Shown in pieces: positions 9,197 through 17,419 of a stretch of 64,000 nt of DNA. This DNA comes from an uncultured Roseivirgaceae bacterium (GTDB taxonomy: Bacteria > Bacteroidota > Bacteroidia > Cytophagales > Cyclobacteriaceae). The translations under genes and the position numbers were made by a program. Location of the stretch: NCBI GenBank assembly GCA_964351595.1, contig CAYGOT010000001.1:85847-149846 (forward strand). Direction: 5' to 3'. The stretch's first letter is position 1. Each line of letters begins with the position of its first letter. The notes beneath the pieces are model-generated. The model ran no database searches. It was not told the DNA's origin and saw nothing but the letters and a program-made list of their open reading frames with translations.

Positions 9197-9478
9197 TTGC
9201 CTCAGCAATTGTTCTTTACGTGGTATGTATATGTTTTGCAAAGCTTGTCTTCGGACTTTAGGTATATTGGATATACCAACGATCTGGACAGGAGGCTGCT
9301 TGAACACAACAATGGAGAAACACAGTCAACTAAGGCATACAGACCTTATGAGATAGAGGCTTATGTGGCTGTGAATGCAATATCTAAAGCCAAAAGTCTT
9401 GAGAAGTACTTCAAAACAGGTTCTGGTAAGGCTATTTTGCAAAAGAGAATACTCATGCTAGATAAGTACAGTGAGTAG
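9197..9478 (+). CDS. Small GIY-YIG (URI-domain) nuclease family protein
   Basis: 93 aa. WYVYVLQSLSSDFRYIGYTNDLDRRLLEHNNG...YRPYEI...A..LEKYFKTGSGK matches the YVYIL...YIG.T.DL..RL..HN.G pattern. There is no ATG start, only TTG at 9197 or 9209. It begins 22 nt after tRNA-Ser. Confidence 0.7.
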   Translation: MPQQLFFTWYVYVLQSLSSDFRYIGYTNDLDRRLLEHNNGETQSTKAYRPYEIEAYVAVNAISKAKSLEKYFKTGSGKAILQKRILMLDKYSE

Positions 9479-9501
9479 TCACAAGTACAGCGAGTAGTCA
9501 A
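9464..9501 (+). repeat. Tandem 19-nt duplication spanning the GIY-YIG stop codon
   Basis: The two units are aagtacagtgagtagtcac and aagtacagcgagtagtcaa. Three AGTCAAT(A/G)G motifs follow before tRNA-Arg. Confidence 0.8.
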
Positions 9502-9550
9502 TAGATTTGACAATAGTCAATGGAATTGACGAAACTTTAGTGCAGTCAAT

Positions 9551-9624
<74 letters not shown>

Positions 9625-9634
9625 CTTGATAATC

Positions 9635-9667
9635 AAGCACTTACATTAATTTGTAAGTGCTTTTTTT
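9635..9667 (+). terminator. Rho-independent terminator after the tRNA cluster
   Basis: aagcacttaca-ttaattt-tgtaagtgctt followed by a T-run (9661-9667). Confidence 0.7.
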
Positions 9668-10287
9668 ATATATATAAAGATTTCTTTAAAGATTTTTTAA
9701 AGGTTTACTGCGGTTACTTTTCTTATATAAGGTTTATAACCGTAATCTCATTGATAATTTCCCGGCGTATTGTGCTATGATTGGTTCAACCTCTACGGAT
9801 GCGAGCCACAGCAGTACGAATGGAGTGGGCGGAATGAGTACGCGAGCGGAGATTTGCGTGTGAACGGAGAGCACGACGATAGGAGTGTGGGAGTGAACTA
9901 TTTACGAAGGGTTGGCGTGTATTTTTGATGTCAGTGGGTTTTGTCGTTATTAATTATGAAGTTATCCTGTGGGAAACCTTTTTTCAACTCTAGATCTGGA
10001 CACACTTCTTGGGACGGTATGTCTTTTATTACTCAAGCCGGTTGCTTTAAGCTCGTTCGGTTTAGTTGTTTGGACAAGATGGGAAAGTCTAAGTCAGCCC
10101 AACGTTACTAAATTTTACGAGCTCTTAGTCACGCTATTGAAGAGTATTACTAGCAAAACTGATTGATTAAAGAGCTTTAAAAATGAATTAACTCCTAAAT
10201 TAAATTTGCGTTGTAGATCACTAGATTTACGAACGGACCTATATTAAGTTCTATTTGGTATAATCCCGTATATGAAGCTTACAGATT

Positions 10288-11970
10288 GTGATGGATAAGG
10301 ACCAATTCGATGAAAAAGGGTTTATTCAACCCATACGTGTACTAGACTTAGCTCAAGTCGAAACACTTTATGAAAAGGTTCACAAACTTAACCCTCCGAA
10401 AAGTTGGAATAAGGGCTTAGCAATCACCAACAGAGCGATCTATAATTTGGCGTGTCATCCGTTGATCTTGGAAAGGTTACATCAGTTGCTCGGCAAAAAT
10501 CTGATGCTGTGGGGAAGTGAATTAGTCATTAGGAAACCAGGTATGCATCATAGATGGCATGCAGATGCAGAACATCTTGTCACAACCAAGCAAATGGTAA
10601 ATGTCTGGATTCCTCTTGAGAACTCGTCATTAAGGAGTTGTTTAAGGTTGATACCCAGAAGCCATAACTTTAAATCTGATTTGTTATCCCTGTCCAAACA
10701 GCAAAAAGTAGATCTTAAGACTGATGGAGACGTCATGTCCTTAGCCAAAAAATATGACGATTGGGCGTACATTCACAACATGGACATGTCCGTGGGCGAT
10801 GCTGTTTTTTTTAGCGGAAGGCTTTGGCATTCTTCCATTAATCATTCTAAACTGACACGTACGGCTCTTTTGCTTTCTTATGCATCTACAGAATGCCAAA
10901 TAAAGTTGTGGGAACCGAGCTCTCTAGACTCTGAGATTAAATATTACGATTTTCCGAAACCGCCATGTCTATTGATATCTGGAGATGCTGATTTGGAAAT
11001 AAACTATTTTGAAACGCCTCCCTCTTCGAATGATTTGAACAACACTGTTTCTCTTAATCAAATTTTCGTTTCCAAGACTCTCACTCCAACCCCTCTAAAC
11101 GATCAAAATTGGTATGTTCCAAATTTCTTCTTCGAGTATAGAAATTCGACATTTGACCATATTACGTGCCATGTTTCTAATCTTAGAAAAGGCAATATAC
11201 CTCACGAACCACATACTCACGTAGAAGAAGAAATTCTGATAGTACTTAAAGGTGAGGCTTCAATTCTATCCCCAGAATCGCGTATGGTCGTCTCTTTGAA
11301 ACAGAATGAAATGGTCTATTACCCATCCAATTTCAGCCATACAATCAAAGCGACTAGCGAACAAGATTTATTTTATTTGATGTTCAAATGGAGAAGATCA
11401 AAATTCAACAGTACTGAAGTAAAACCATTTTCAAAGCATGAATTGAATTTTGATTTGATAAATAGTAAGGAAGGTAAGTACAAGTCTCATTTGGTTTTCA
11501 ACCAGGAGACGAACGACTTATATAACCTCCATTGTCATCTTTCCGCTGTAGAACCGGGGGGCGGTTATCTTCAGCACATAGATAGTTATGATGTGGTTAT
11601 TCTTTTATTGGAAGGTAGCATTACAGTGATGAACAAAGAAGTGTCTGCCCTTCGAATGCTATATATCCCTTCTGGACTTCCTCATGACTTGCACAACAGT
11701 GGAGACAGGTTGGCGAAGTACATTGTTTTTGAATTTCACGGTAACCCAGATCAAAGGTATTTCCAGCAAAAAGGTAAAAGAAGTTTAAACGCTCCGATCA
11801 GATTATCCCCGTATAATGATGAACAGTATATCACATTACAAAAAAAATACACTGACCTTATAAATTCTGATTCATTGCGGATTGGTAGGTCAATAACCGC
11901 TGGACTAAAACGATATTTTTTCTGGTTGCCATCTGTAGCAAAAAAGGTCAAAACGAAAACTTCATATTAA
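10288..11970 (+). CDS. Fusion protein with an N-terminal PhyH-type Fe(II)/2-oxoglutarate dioxygenase domain and two cupin domains
   Basis: 560 aa with a GTG start. The PhyH-like triad context is HHRWHADAEH ... GRLWHSSINHS ... RTALLLSY. Cupin 1 is IPHEPHTHVEEEILIVLKGEA...YYPSNFSHTI. Cupin 2 is GGGYLQHIDSYDVVILLLEGSITV...YIPSGLPHDLHN. Confidence 0.6.
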   Translation: MMDKDQFDEKGFIQPIRVLDLAQVETLYEKVHKLNPPKSWNKGLAITNRAIYNLACHPLILERLHQLLGKNLMLWGSELVIRKPGMHHRWHADAEHLVTTKQMVNVWIPLENSSLRSCLRLIPRSHNFKSDLLSLSKQQKVDLKTDGDVMSLAKKYDDWAYIHNMDMSVGDAVFFSGRLWHSSINHSKLTRTALLLSYASTECQIKLWEPSSLDSEIKYYDFPKPPCLLISGDADLEINYFETPPSSNDLNNTVSLNQIFVSKTLTPTPLNDQNWYVPNFFFEYRNSTFDHITCHVSNLRKGNIPHEPHTHVEEEILIVLKGEASILSPESRMVVSLKQNEMVYYPSNFSHTIKATSEQDLFYLMFKWRRSKFNSTEVKPFSKHELNFDLINSKEGKYKSHLVFNQETNDLYNLHCHLSAVEPGGGYLQHIDSYDVVILLLEGSITVMNKEVSALRMLYIPSGLPHDLHNSGDRLAKYIVFEFHGNPDQRYFQQKGKRSLNAPIRLSPYNDEQYITLQKKYTDLINSDSLRIGRSITAGLKRYFFWLPSVAKKVKTKTSY

Positions 11971-11998
11971 CTAATTATATATTCTGTTAAGAAGGAAA

Positions 11999-13873
11999 AT
12001 GACCTTAGTAATTAATTTTATTTATCAACGAGGTATATCCAAGGAAAGTAAGTTTGCTAATCAGCTGATAGCTAAAGGTCTGGCGAAGATCAGTTTCATT
12101 GATCTAAACCATCAACCTTGGCCTCACAATGGGATTAATATTTATCTTATCAACCCTATTCTTCCCAGGTGGCTTTTGGAGGAAGAATGTATCAAAGCGA
12201 ATAGAACACATTTTTCAAGAGAGGTCTCGGTCGAGACGCTAAAAAGAATCCGAGCAAAAGAGGCATTATTAGCTATTGACAACTCCGGAGAGGGGCCGGC
12301 CAATTATGCTTATCTTAAATCACTAGAGAGCTATGGTCGCCAGCATGATCTTCCACCAAGTTCTATTCTTTGGATCCACCAAAATATTGCCGTCAGTGAA
12401 GGGGAAAAATACGGCTGGGATAAATCCTATTACGTCAAGAACTTATACCATCATTCGTTCTTAGAAGAGTTGCTTGTATCTGCAACCAAAAAGGTCAAGC
12501 CCACTACGAACCTACGTGACTCCAAAAGGAGCCATTATTACCTTTTCCTAAACAATATCCCCAGGCCGGAACGACTATACGTACTTCTACGACTTTATAA
12601 TTCTGGATTAATTAATAAGGGCTTGGTTTCGTTTCAAATTGCAGATGACAGCAATGTAATCAACCTGAATTACTCAATAAATTACCTCAAAAAAAGACAT
12701 CAAGGTGAAGCGCATCTTTTTCAGGGATACGGCAGACTTGTAAAAGAACTACCACTAACAATCAACGAGCCTGACATTCTTAAAAGTGAGAAAACACAAA
12801 GTCTTTCGCTAGATGCATATAGCAAGTGCTATTTCAGCATAGTTTCAGAATCTGAAATGTCTTCAGGACATGTGATACGTTATACAGAAAAACTCTTCAA
12901 GCCAATTTACAACAAACATCCGTTTGTCGTTTTTGGTAACCCATACTCTCTTAGCAATCTTAGGAAACTAGGGTTTCAGACTTTTGATGGCTTAATTGAC
13001 GAATCGTATGACCTGATCATGGATAGCAAACAACGCAGGGCAGCTGCGTACGAGCAAGTTGAAAAACTATTGAAGCTGTCAATAGAAGAATTAGGGTCAT
13101 GGTATGAGAGCCTCAGACCTACAATAGATTACAACTATAATCACTTGATCAAAAGCTTACCCAACAAAATAAGAATTCAGCAGAACACAAAGTTGTTGAT
13201 TGAAGTGATGTGCCTAGCGTCACCGTTTGAAAATTGTTCACAGAACGCCTCCATTATTGCTGATCTGTCCATTAAGTATCGAGTTGATAAGTTTTTTGAC
13301 CAAAAAAATCTCGGACATGCACTTGACCTATTGATAAGTGAAATAAGTGATCACGGTGATTTGTCAATTTTGCTCGAGATAGTTGTTCAAGATTGGCCCG
13401 AAAATTACATGTATCTTCATCGATATAGTTCGGTACTTCTTAAAATGGGATTAAAGGATAAAGCGGAAACAATGGCGCGAATTGCCCTAATCCATAACCC
13501 AAAAGCCTATTGGACTTATCATCTTCTAGGAGACATTCAATTGTCCCTTCAAAACCCTTTAGAAGCAATGTGGAATTTCTTTAATGCCTATCATCATTCA
13601 AAAGAACTAAAATATCTTCTGTTACTTCGCGAAACGATGTTGAAATCTCAAGAAACAAAAAAAAGGATCATCGCAAGTCTCTCAGCAATTATTCAAACTT
13701 TGAAAAACCGCGATGAAGGGGGAGAAATATTGTTAAATGCAATTTACCATGAATTCAAGAGCAATAAGAAGGTAGCATCCGCAGAATATTATCAATTAAG
13801 CCTCTCCACAAAGGATGACAACACGAAGAATGCACTTTTAAACCTATCAAAAAGGTGTCTTGAAAATATATGA
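11999..13873 (+). CDS. GT10-like (alpha-1,3/4-fucosyltransferase-like) glycosyltransferase with a C-terminal TPR-like helical domain
   Basis: 624 aa. CYFSIVSESEMSSGHVIRYTEKLFKPIYNKHPFVVFGNP resembles the GT10 motif F.L.FEN....YVTEK......IPVY.G. The C-terminal ~200 aa are helical and TPR-like (ALIHNPKAYWTYHLLGDIQLSLQNPLEAMWNFFNAY). Confidence 0.45.
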   Translation: MTLVINFIYQRGISKESKFANQLIAKGLAKISFIDLNHQPWPHNGINIYLINPILPRWLLEEECIKANRTHFSREVSVETLKRIRAKEALLAIDNSGEGPANYAYLKSLESYGRQHDLPPSSILWIHQNIAVSEGEKYGWDKSYYVKNLYHHSFLEELLVSATKKVKPTTNLRDSKRSHYYLFLNNIPRPERLYVLLRLYNSGLINKGLVSFQIADDSNVINLNYSINYLKKRHQGEAHLFQGYGRLVKELPLTINEPDILKSEKTQSLSLDAYSKCYFSIVSESEMSSGHVIRYTEKLFKPIYNKHPFVVFGNPYSLSNLRKLGFQTFDGLIDESYDLIMDSKQRRAAAYEQVEKLLKLSIEELGSWYESLRPTIDYNYNHLIKSLPNKIRIQQNTKLLIEVMCLASPFENCSQNASIIADLSIKYRVDKFFDQKNLGHALDLLISEISDHGDLSILLEIVVQDWPENYMYLHRYSSVLLKMGLKDKAETMARIALIHNPKAYWTYHLLGDIQLSLQNPLEAMWNFFNAYHHSKELKYLLLLRETMLKSQETKKRIIASLSAIIQTLKNRDEGGEILLNAIYHEFKSNKKVASAEYYQLSLSTKDDNTKNALLNLSKRCLENI

Positions 13874-13907
13874 ATAGCCTGCATGGAAAGAGTCAAACTT
13901 TAACGCA

Positions 13908-14711
13908 GTGAAGACGGTAAGAACATTCGTTTCCAAGACAAAAGACAGGTATAGTATCGAATTTCCTGCTCCGGGAGCTATTAATAGCTTTTTCGTTTTT
14001 TCAATGGTCAAATCAGGCTCAACTCTTCAAAATTCTGTTGTGTCTGATCTGTGTACAATTAACAATGTCCCTACAGTGTCAATTCATGATCAAGCCTTTC
14101 TCCAAGGAGTTGCTACAAAGGACATACAAAGTGATATTGAGGATATCATTTTTCAAAAGGGCTATGGTTACCTGGGATTTCGTCACTATTTGAATCCTAA
14201 GATCAATGTTAATATCAACCGTCTAGCGAAAATATTGCTTGTGAGGAAGCCGTTAGACATCCTAACATCGCTGTATTTTTCTGTGAAGTACAGTCATTTT
14301 ATACCTGCTAATGGCAGATCCAGGTCTATGATGCTTCAGAGACAAAAAGCAGCAAATTCCTCAGACATAAATCATTTTGCACTTAATAATGCTGAGAGTA
14401 TTCGATTGGGCTACATGTCGTATTTAAAGGTCCTAGACAACCCTAACTGGCATGTATTTAAGTATGAGGAAATAATAAGTAAAAAAAGAAGTTGGATAAA
14501 GGAGCTATCAACAATTCTTTCACTTCCTATTTCCGAAGGGGATCTTGATTTGATCACTAACACACATGATATATTTCCACGAGAGGAAAGGACAAGCGAG
14601 CATATTCGACAGGTTTGGCCTGACAATCATAAGAAACACTTAGATAATAAAACGATAGCTCTGCTCAATAAAAAATTTGCTGAAGTGAACGAATACTTTG
14701 GATACTACTGA
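13908..14711 (+). CDS. Sulfotransferase-like protein (tentative)
   Basis: 267 aa with a GTG start. FVFSMVKSGSTLQ resembles the 5'-PSB loop (P-K-S-G-T-T). ILLVRKPLDILTSLYFS resembles the 3'-PB block (RDP.D..VS). Confidence 0.4.
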   Translation: MKTVRTFVSKTKDRYSIEFPAPGAINSFFVFSMVKSGSTLQNSVVSDLCTINNVPTVSIHDQAFLQGVATKDIQSDIEDIIFQKGYGYLGFRHYLNPKINVNINRLAKILLVRKPLDILTSLYFSVKYSHFIPANGRSRSMMLQRQKAANSSDINHFALNNAESIRLGYMSYLKVLDNPNWHVFKYEEIISKKRSWIKELSTILSLPISEGDLDLITNTHDIFPREERTSEHIRQVWPDNHKKHLDNKTIALLNKKFAEVNEYFGYY

Positions 14712-14785
14712 CCACAATCTCAAAAACCACAGTGAAACGTATACTAAACGACAAGGGAGAGTGGATGATTACTGCAACTTTGCGA

Positions 14786-15520
14786 TTATATCCAAAATCT
14801 TTCAAAAAGATTGGGGTATCTCAATATCTCCCTAGATGATACCGAGGGAAAATCTCTATGTAAACTGCCCAGCCAGTCCTCTTTTTTGTCCAGGGACATA
14901 TAATTCCTAACTATATCAAAATAATTTTCTGATAAACCTTTTGATAATGGGTCAAGATTAGTGAGAGCTAATAAGCCTGTAGGTGGACAATCCAATATGG
15001 TCATGCTGATATCAGGTCGAAGCTCCTTTAGTACATAGCATATTTTCCAAACATCGCCCGTCCACCAGCTTTTATATGGATCATTTTCGGATAGTTCATT
15101 TCCGCAACCTGATCTTCCAGCCATGTTCTCGTTTAATGGCAAACAATCATGCATGAATATGATTGAGTTCTTCTTGGTATAAGGCTCCAAATGAATGAAA
15201 TCTCTTAAAAGAAATTCAAATAAGTGCAGACCGTCAAGGAATGCTATATCGACATGTGGGAAGAACTCGAATACATTTTCATTTTGAAAAAATGAGTCAC
15301 TGGTTTGCTGAAAAAGCAGGGTTCTTCTCCTGCCAGCGCAGGGGTTGCTTGAAAAACTAAAATTGGGATCAATGGCAATACTATCGCAGCTAGAAGTTGC
15401 AAGTGAATGACCGACTGAAGTCCCTACTTCCAGATAGTACATAGGGTTGAACGAACTATGGACTTGCTTCAGAAATTGAAGATAATGCACCCCCTGGTGC
15501 TCATTAATATCATTCTCCAT
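14786..15520 (-). CDS. Class I SAM-dependent methyltransferase (Methyltransf_24/CmcI-like, probable sugar O-methyltransferase)
   Basis: 244 aa. YYLEVGTSVGHSL is motif I. DIAFLDGLHLFEFLLRDF...IIFMHDC is the typical post-II/III arrangement of this family. Confidence 0.55.
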   Translation of the reverse strand: MENDINEHQGVHYLQFLKQVHSSFNPMYYLEVGTSVGHSLATSSCDSIAIDPNFSFSSNPCAGRRRTLLFQQTSDSFFQNENVFEFFPHVDIAFLDGLHLFEFLLRDFIHLEPYTKKNSIIFMHDCLPLNENMAGRSGCGNELSENDPYKSWWTGDVWKICYVLKELRPDISMTILDCPPTGLLALTNLDPLSKGLSENYFDIVRNYMSLDKKEDWLGSLHRDFPSVSSREILRYPNLFERFWI

Positions 15521-15523
15521 TTG

Positions 15524-17419
15524 CTAATATTTGAACTTGGTACGATTGATTTTTAATTGAGCATTTTCATGTAGCGGCACATCAATAGCATCAAATAGCT
15601 CATAAGTGCCTGCATCCAGAACTAGTAGGTTGAGGCCTGACGCGTTGGCTCCTAATTGCTTATTGTTAAACTTCACAGTAGCATTGCTACCACTATGAAG
15701 CTCCATCTTAGAGACTCGCGGCAAGCTCTTGTTTCCTTTTAGAACGACATGGTGTTCATTGCTATCTGAGCTTTCGTGCCATATAGCGCCGTTAGTTTCG
15801 ACAATGGCAATATAACCCCTCGTATTCATTGGCAAAGACTTACTTAGCAATCCTAGCTCATTCATTGACCCGAGAATCTCATTAAGTCTATGTACAGGCC
15901 CACCTCTAGTGGTTATCACGACTATTTTATCATTGATACCTTTTAATGCCTTAAAATATTCACCCAACTCAAGTGTGCGCTTTTTTAAAAACTGTTCCTG
16001 ATTTGACTGCTGGTATTGATATTCGTCAACATTGAAAAAAGGAATGTCTCCAGGGTCAATAAACAATCCCTGATCGAGAATCTCAATTATATGCCCTTTC
16101 ATAGTATCTTCATTAGCTATCGTAATACCGGCAATTGTCATATTATCCCTGGTTGAGCCCGGAGGTAATTTAGACATGAAAAAATACGTGCTATCATCGA
16201 TTTGATCTTTTAAGTCAAATGCCTGTCGTACGAACGTCCTCAACGCGATATTCTCCGCGACTGCACTATCTGTTTTTATTAACAAATAATAGTACAATCC
16301 TTCATAGTCCTTATTAGAATAGACATATCGGAGGTAATTTCCATGTCTGGGTGCTGGTGGACTAATACTAAACCGTTTCTCATCATGTCTTTCAAGTCCA
16401 TAAAAGTCCAGCCTGTCACTACTCTGTATCATGTTAATTACTTGAGGATACTGACTAATCTGATCCGCCTTGAGCGTATCTTTATAAGCTGATCTGAGGT
16501 CTCCAATTAGCGTTTTGGTACGCCAGTATCTGCCAATATGATTAGGATGCCAGCGAGCTCCACTAGCATGCTCTTGATTAAAAAAATAGGATTTTGAGTC
16601 ATTCAGTAAATCAATACCTGTAGAGGTGCTCAGACTACTCATGTACTCCTCGACATTGTCACTTTTGTAGATACCTGCTTGGGCACCTGGAGGAACCAAA
16701 AAAAAATATCCTCCTCTCGAGGAAACGAAATTTTTGAATCCTCTCAGTTCATTGGCCAGTGTCCATGTCGAATCTGGAAGAAGCAATTTTGATTGTCCTA
16801 CCTTCAGGGTATCGACATTTGACATGAAACTAGTTCTTATATTATCCTCAACCCATATGTCATTATAGTAAAATGAATTGTCCTGTTTGGGATAATCCGA
16901 CCATGCGTTTCGTACGGCCCGAATAAACCCTGCGAGTGACGCTTTTAAAAACTTGTAACTGCTAAAGATGATGGGCAGTCTGGCAGGGGTATGTAACAAT
17001 ACTGTGCTTGCATAATCATTTCTTATCTCGAAGTTAGCAGCGTCGGTATCAACACTGAATTCTCGTGAGAATAGCACTATATCTCCTTCATCAATATAGG
17101 GTTTACAGTACTCGAGCATGAAGACCAAACTAAACCCAGCAAAAGTACCCATGTTTATCATTGGTATCCCCAGTTCTCTTTCCACTTGAAGGCTGTTGAC
17201 ACCATAGGCTCCACTGCTACCGCTAATCAAAATGGCCTTTGGTGAAGGTGTGTTTTGAAGCTTACAAAGTTTATTTCTTAAACCATTGGCAATGTAATCA
17301 TGACCATAGAATGGATTCAAGTCCAATATCAGAACGATTGTTGCCAGCATTAATATCAACATGCACACAACTTTGAAAAAGAACTTGAACCTTGGCGCCA
17401 TATGAATCTTTGGTCTCAC
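15524..17419 (-). CDS. Membrane-anchored DltD/AlgX-AlgJ-like (SGNH-like) protein with an unknown C-terminal domain; paralog 2
   Basis: 631 aa from the GTG start. An ATG at 17401 would give 625 aa. It has an N-terminal TM anchor, the block AILISGSSGAYGVNSLQVERELGIPMINMG, and a His block ARWHPNHIGRYWR. It is a paralog of the upstream gene and lies in the MBOAT operon. Confidence 0.45.
   Translation of the reverse strand: MRPKIHMAPRFKFFFKVVCMLILMLATIVLILDLNPFYGHDYIANGLRNKLCKLQNTPSPKAILISGSSGAYGVNSLQVERELGIPMINMGTFAGFSLVFMLEYCKPYIDEGDIVLFSREFSVDTDAANFEIRNDYASTVLLHTPARLPIIFSSYKFLKASLAGFIRAVRNAWSDYPKQDNSFYYNDIWVEDNIRTSFMSNVDTLKVGQSKLLLPDSTWTLANELRGFKNFVSSRGGYFFLVPPGAQAGIYKSDNVEEYMSSLSTSTGIDLLNDSKSYFFNQEHASGARWHPNHIGRYWRTKTLIGDLRSAYKDTLKADQISQYPQVINMIQSSDRLDFYGLERHDEKRFSISPPAPRHGNYLRYVYSNKDYEGLYYYLLIKTDSAVAENIALRTFVRQAFDLKDQIDDSTYFFMSKLPPGSTRDNMTIAGITIANEDTMKGHIIEILDQGLFIDPGDIPFFNVDEYQYQQSNQEQFLKKRTLELGEYFKALKGINDKIVVITTRGGPVHRLNEILGSMNELGLLSKSLPMNTRGYIAIVETNGAIWHESSDSNEHHVVLKGNKSLPRVSKMELHSGSNATVKFNNKQLGANASGLNLLVLDAGTYELFDAIDVPLHENAQLKINRTKFKY

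Noticed and set aside
9797-9899. Purine-rich tract (ggatgcgagccacagcagtacgaatggagtgggcggaatgagtacgcgagcggag...) after tRNA-Arg, considered as an att site remnant, a repeat array or a decayed gene
   Set aside because: - It has only a loose ~17-nt quasi-periodicity with no exact repeat unit.
- All frames are closed.
- Only an 8-nt match (ggcggaat) to the tRNA-Arg 3' end is present, which is too short to call an attR.
9969-10166. 65-aa ORF in the long gap before the island
   Set aside because: It has a GTG start, a hydrophobic low-information sequence, no motif and no coupling to neighbours. It is probably non-coding.
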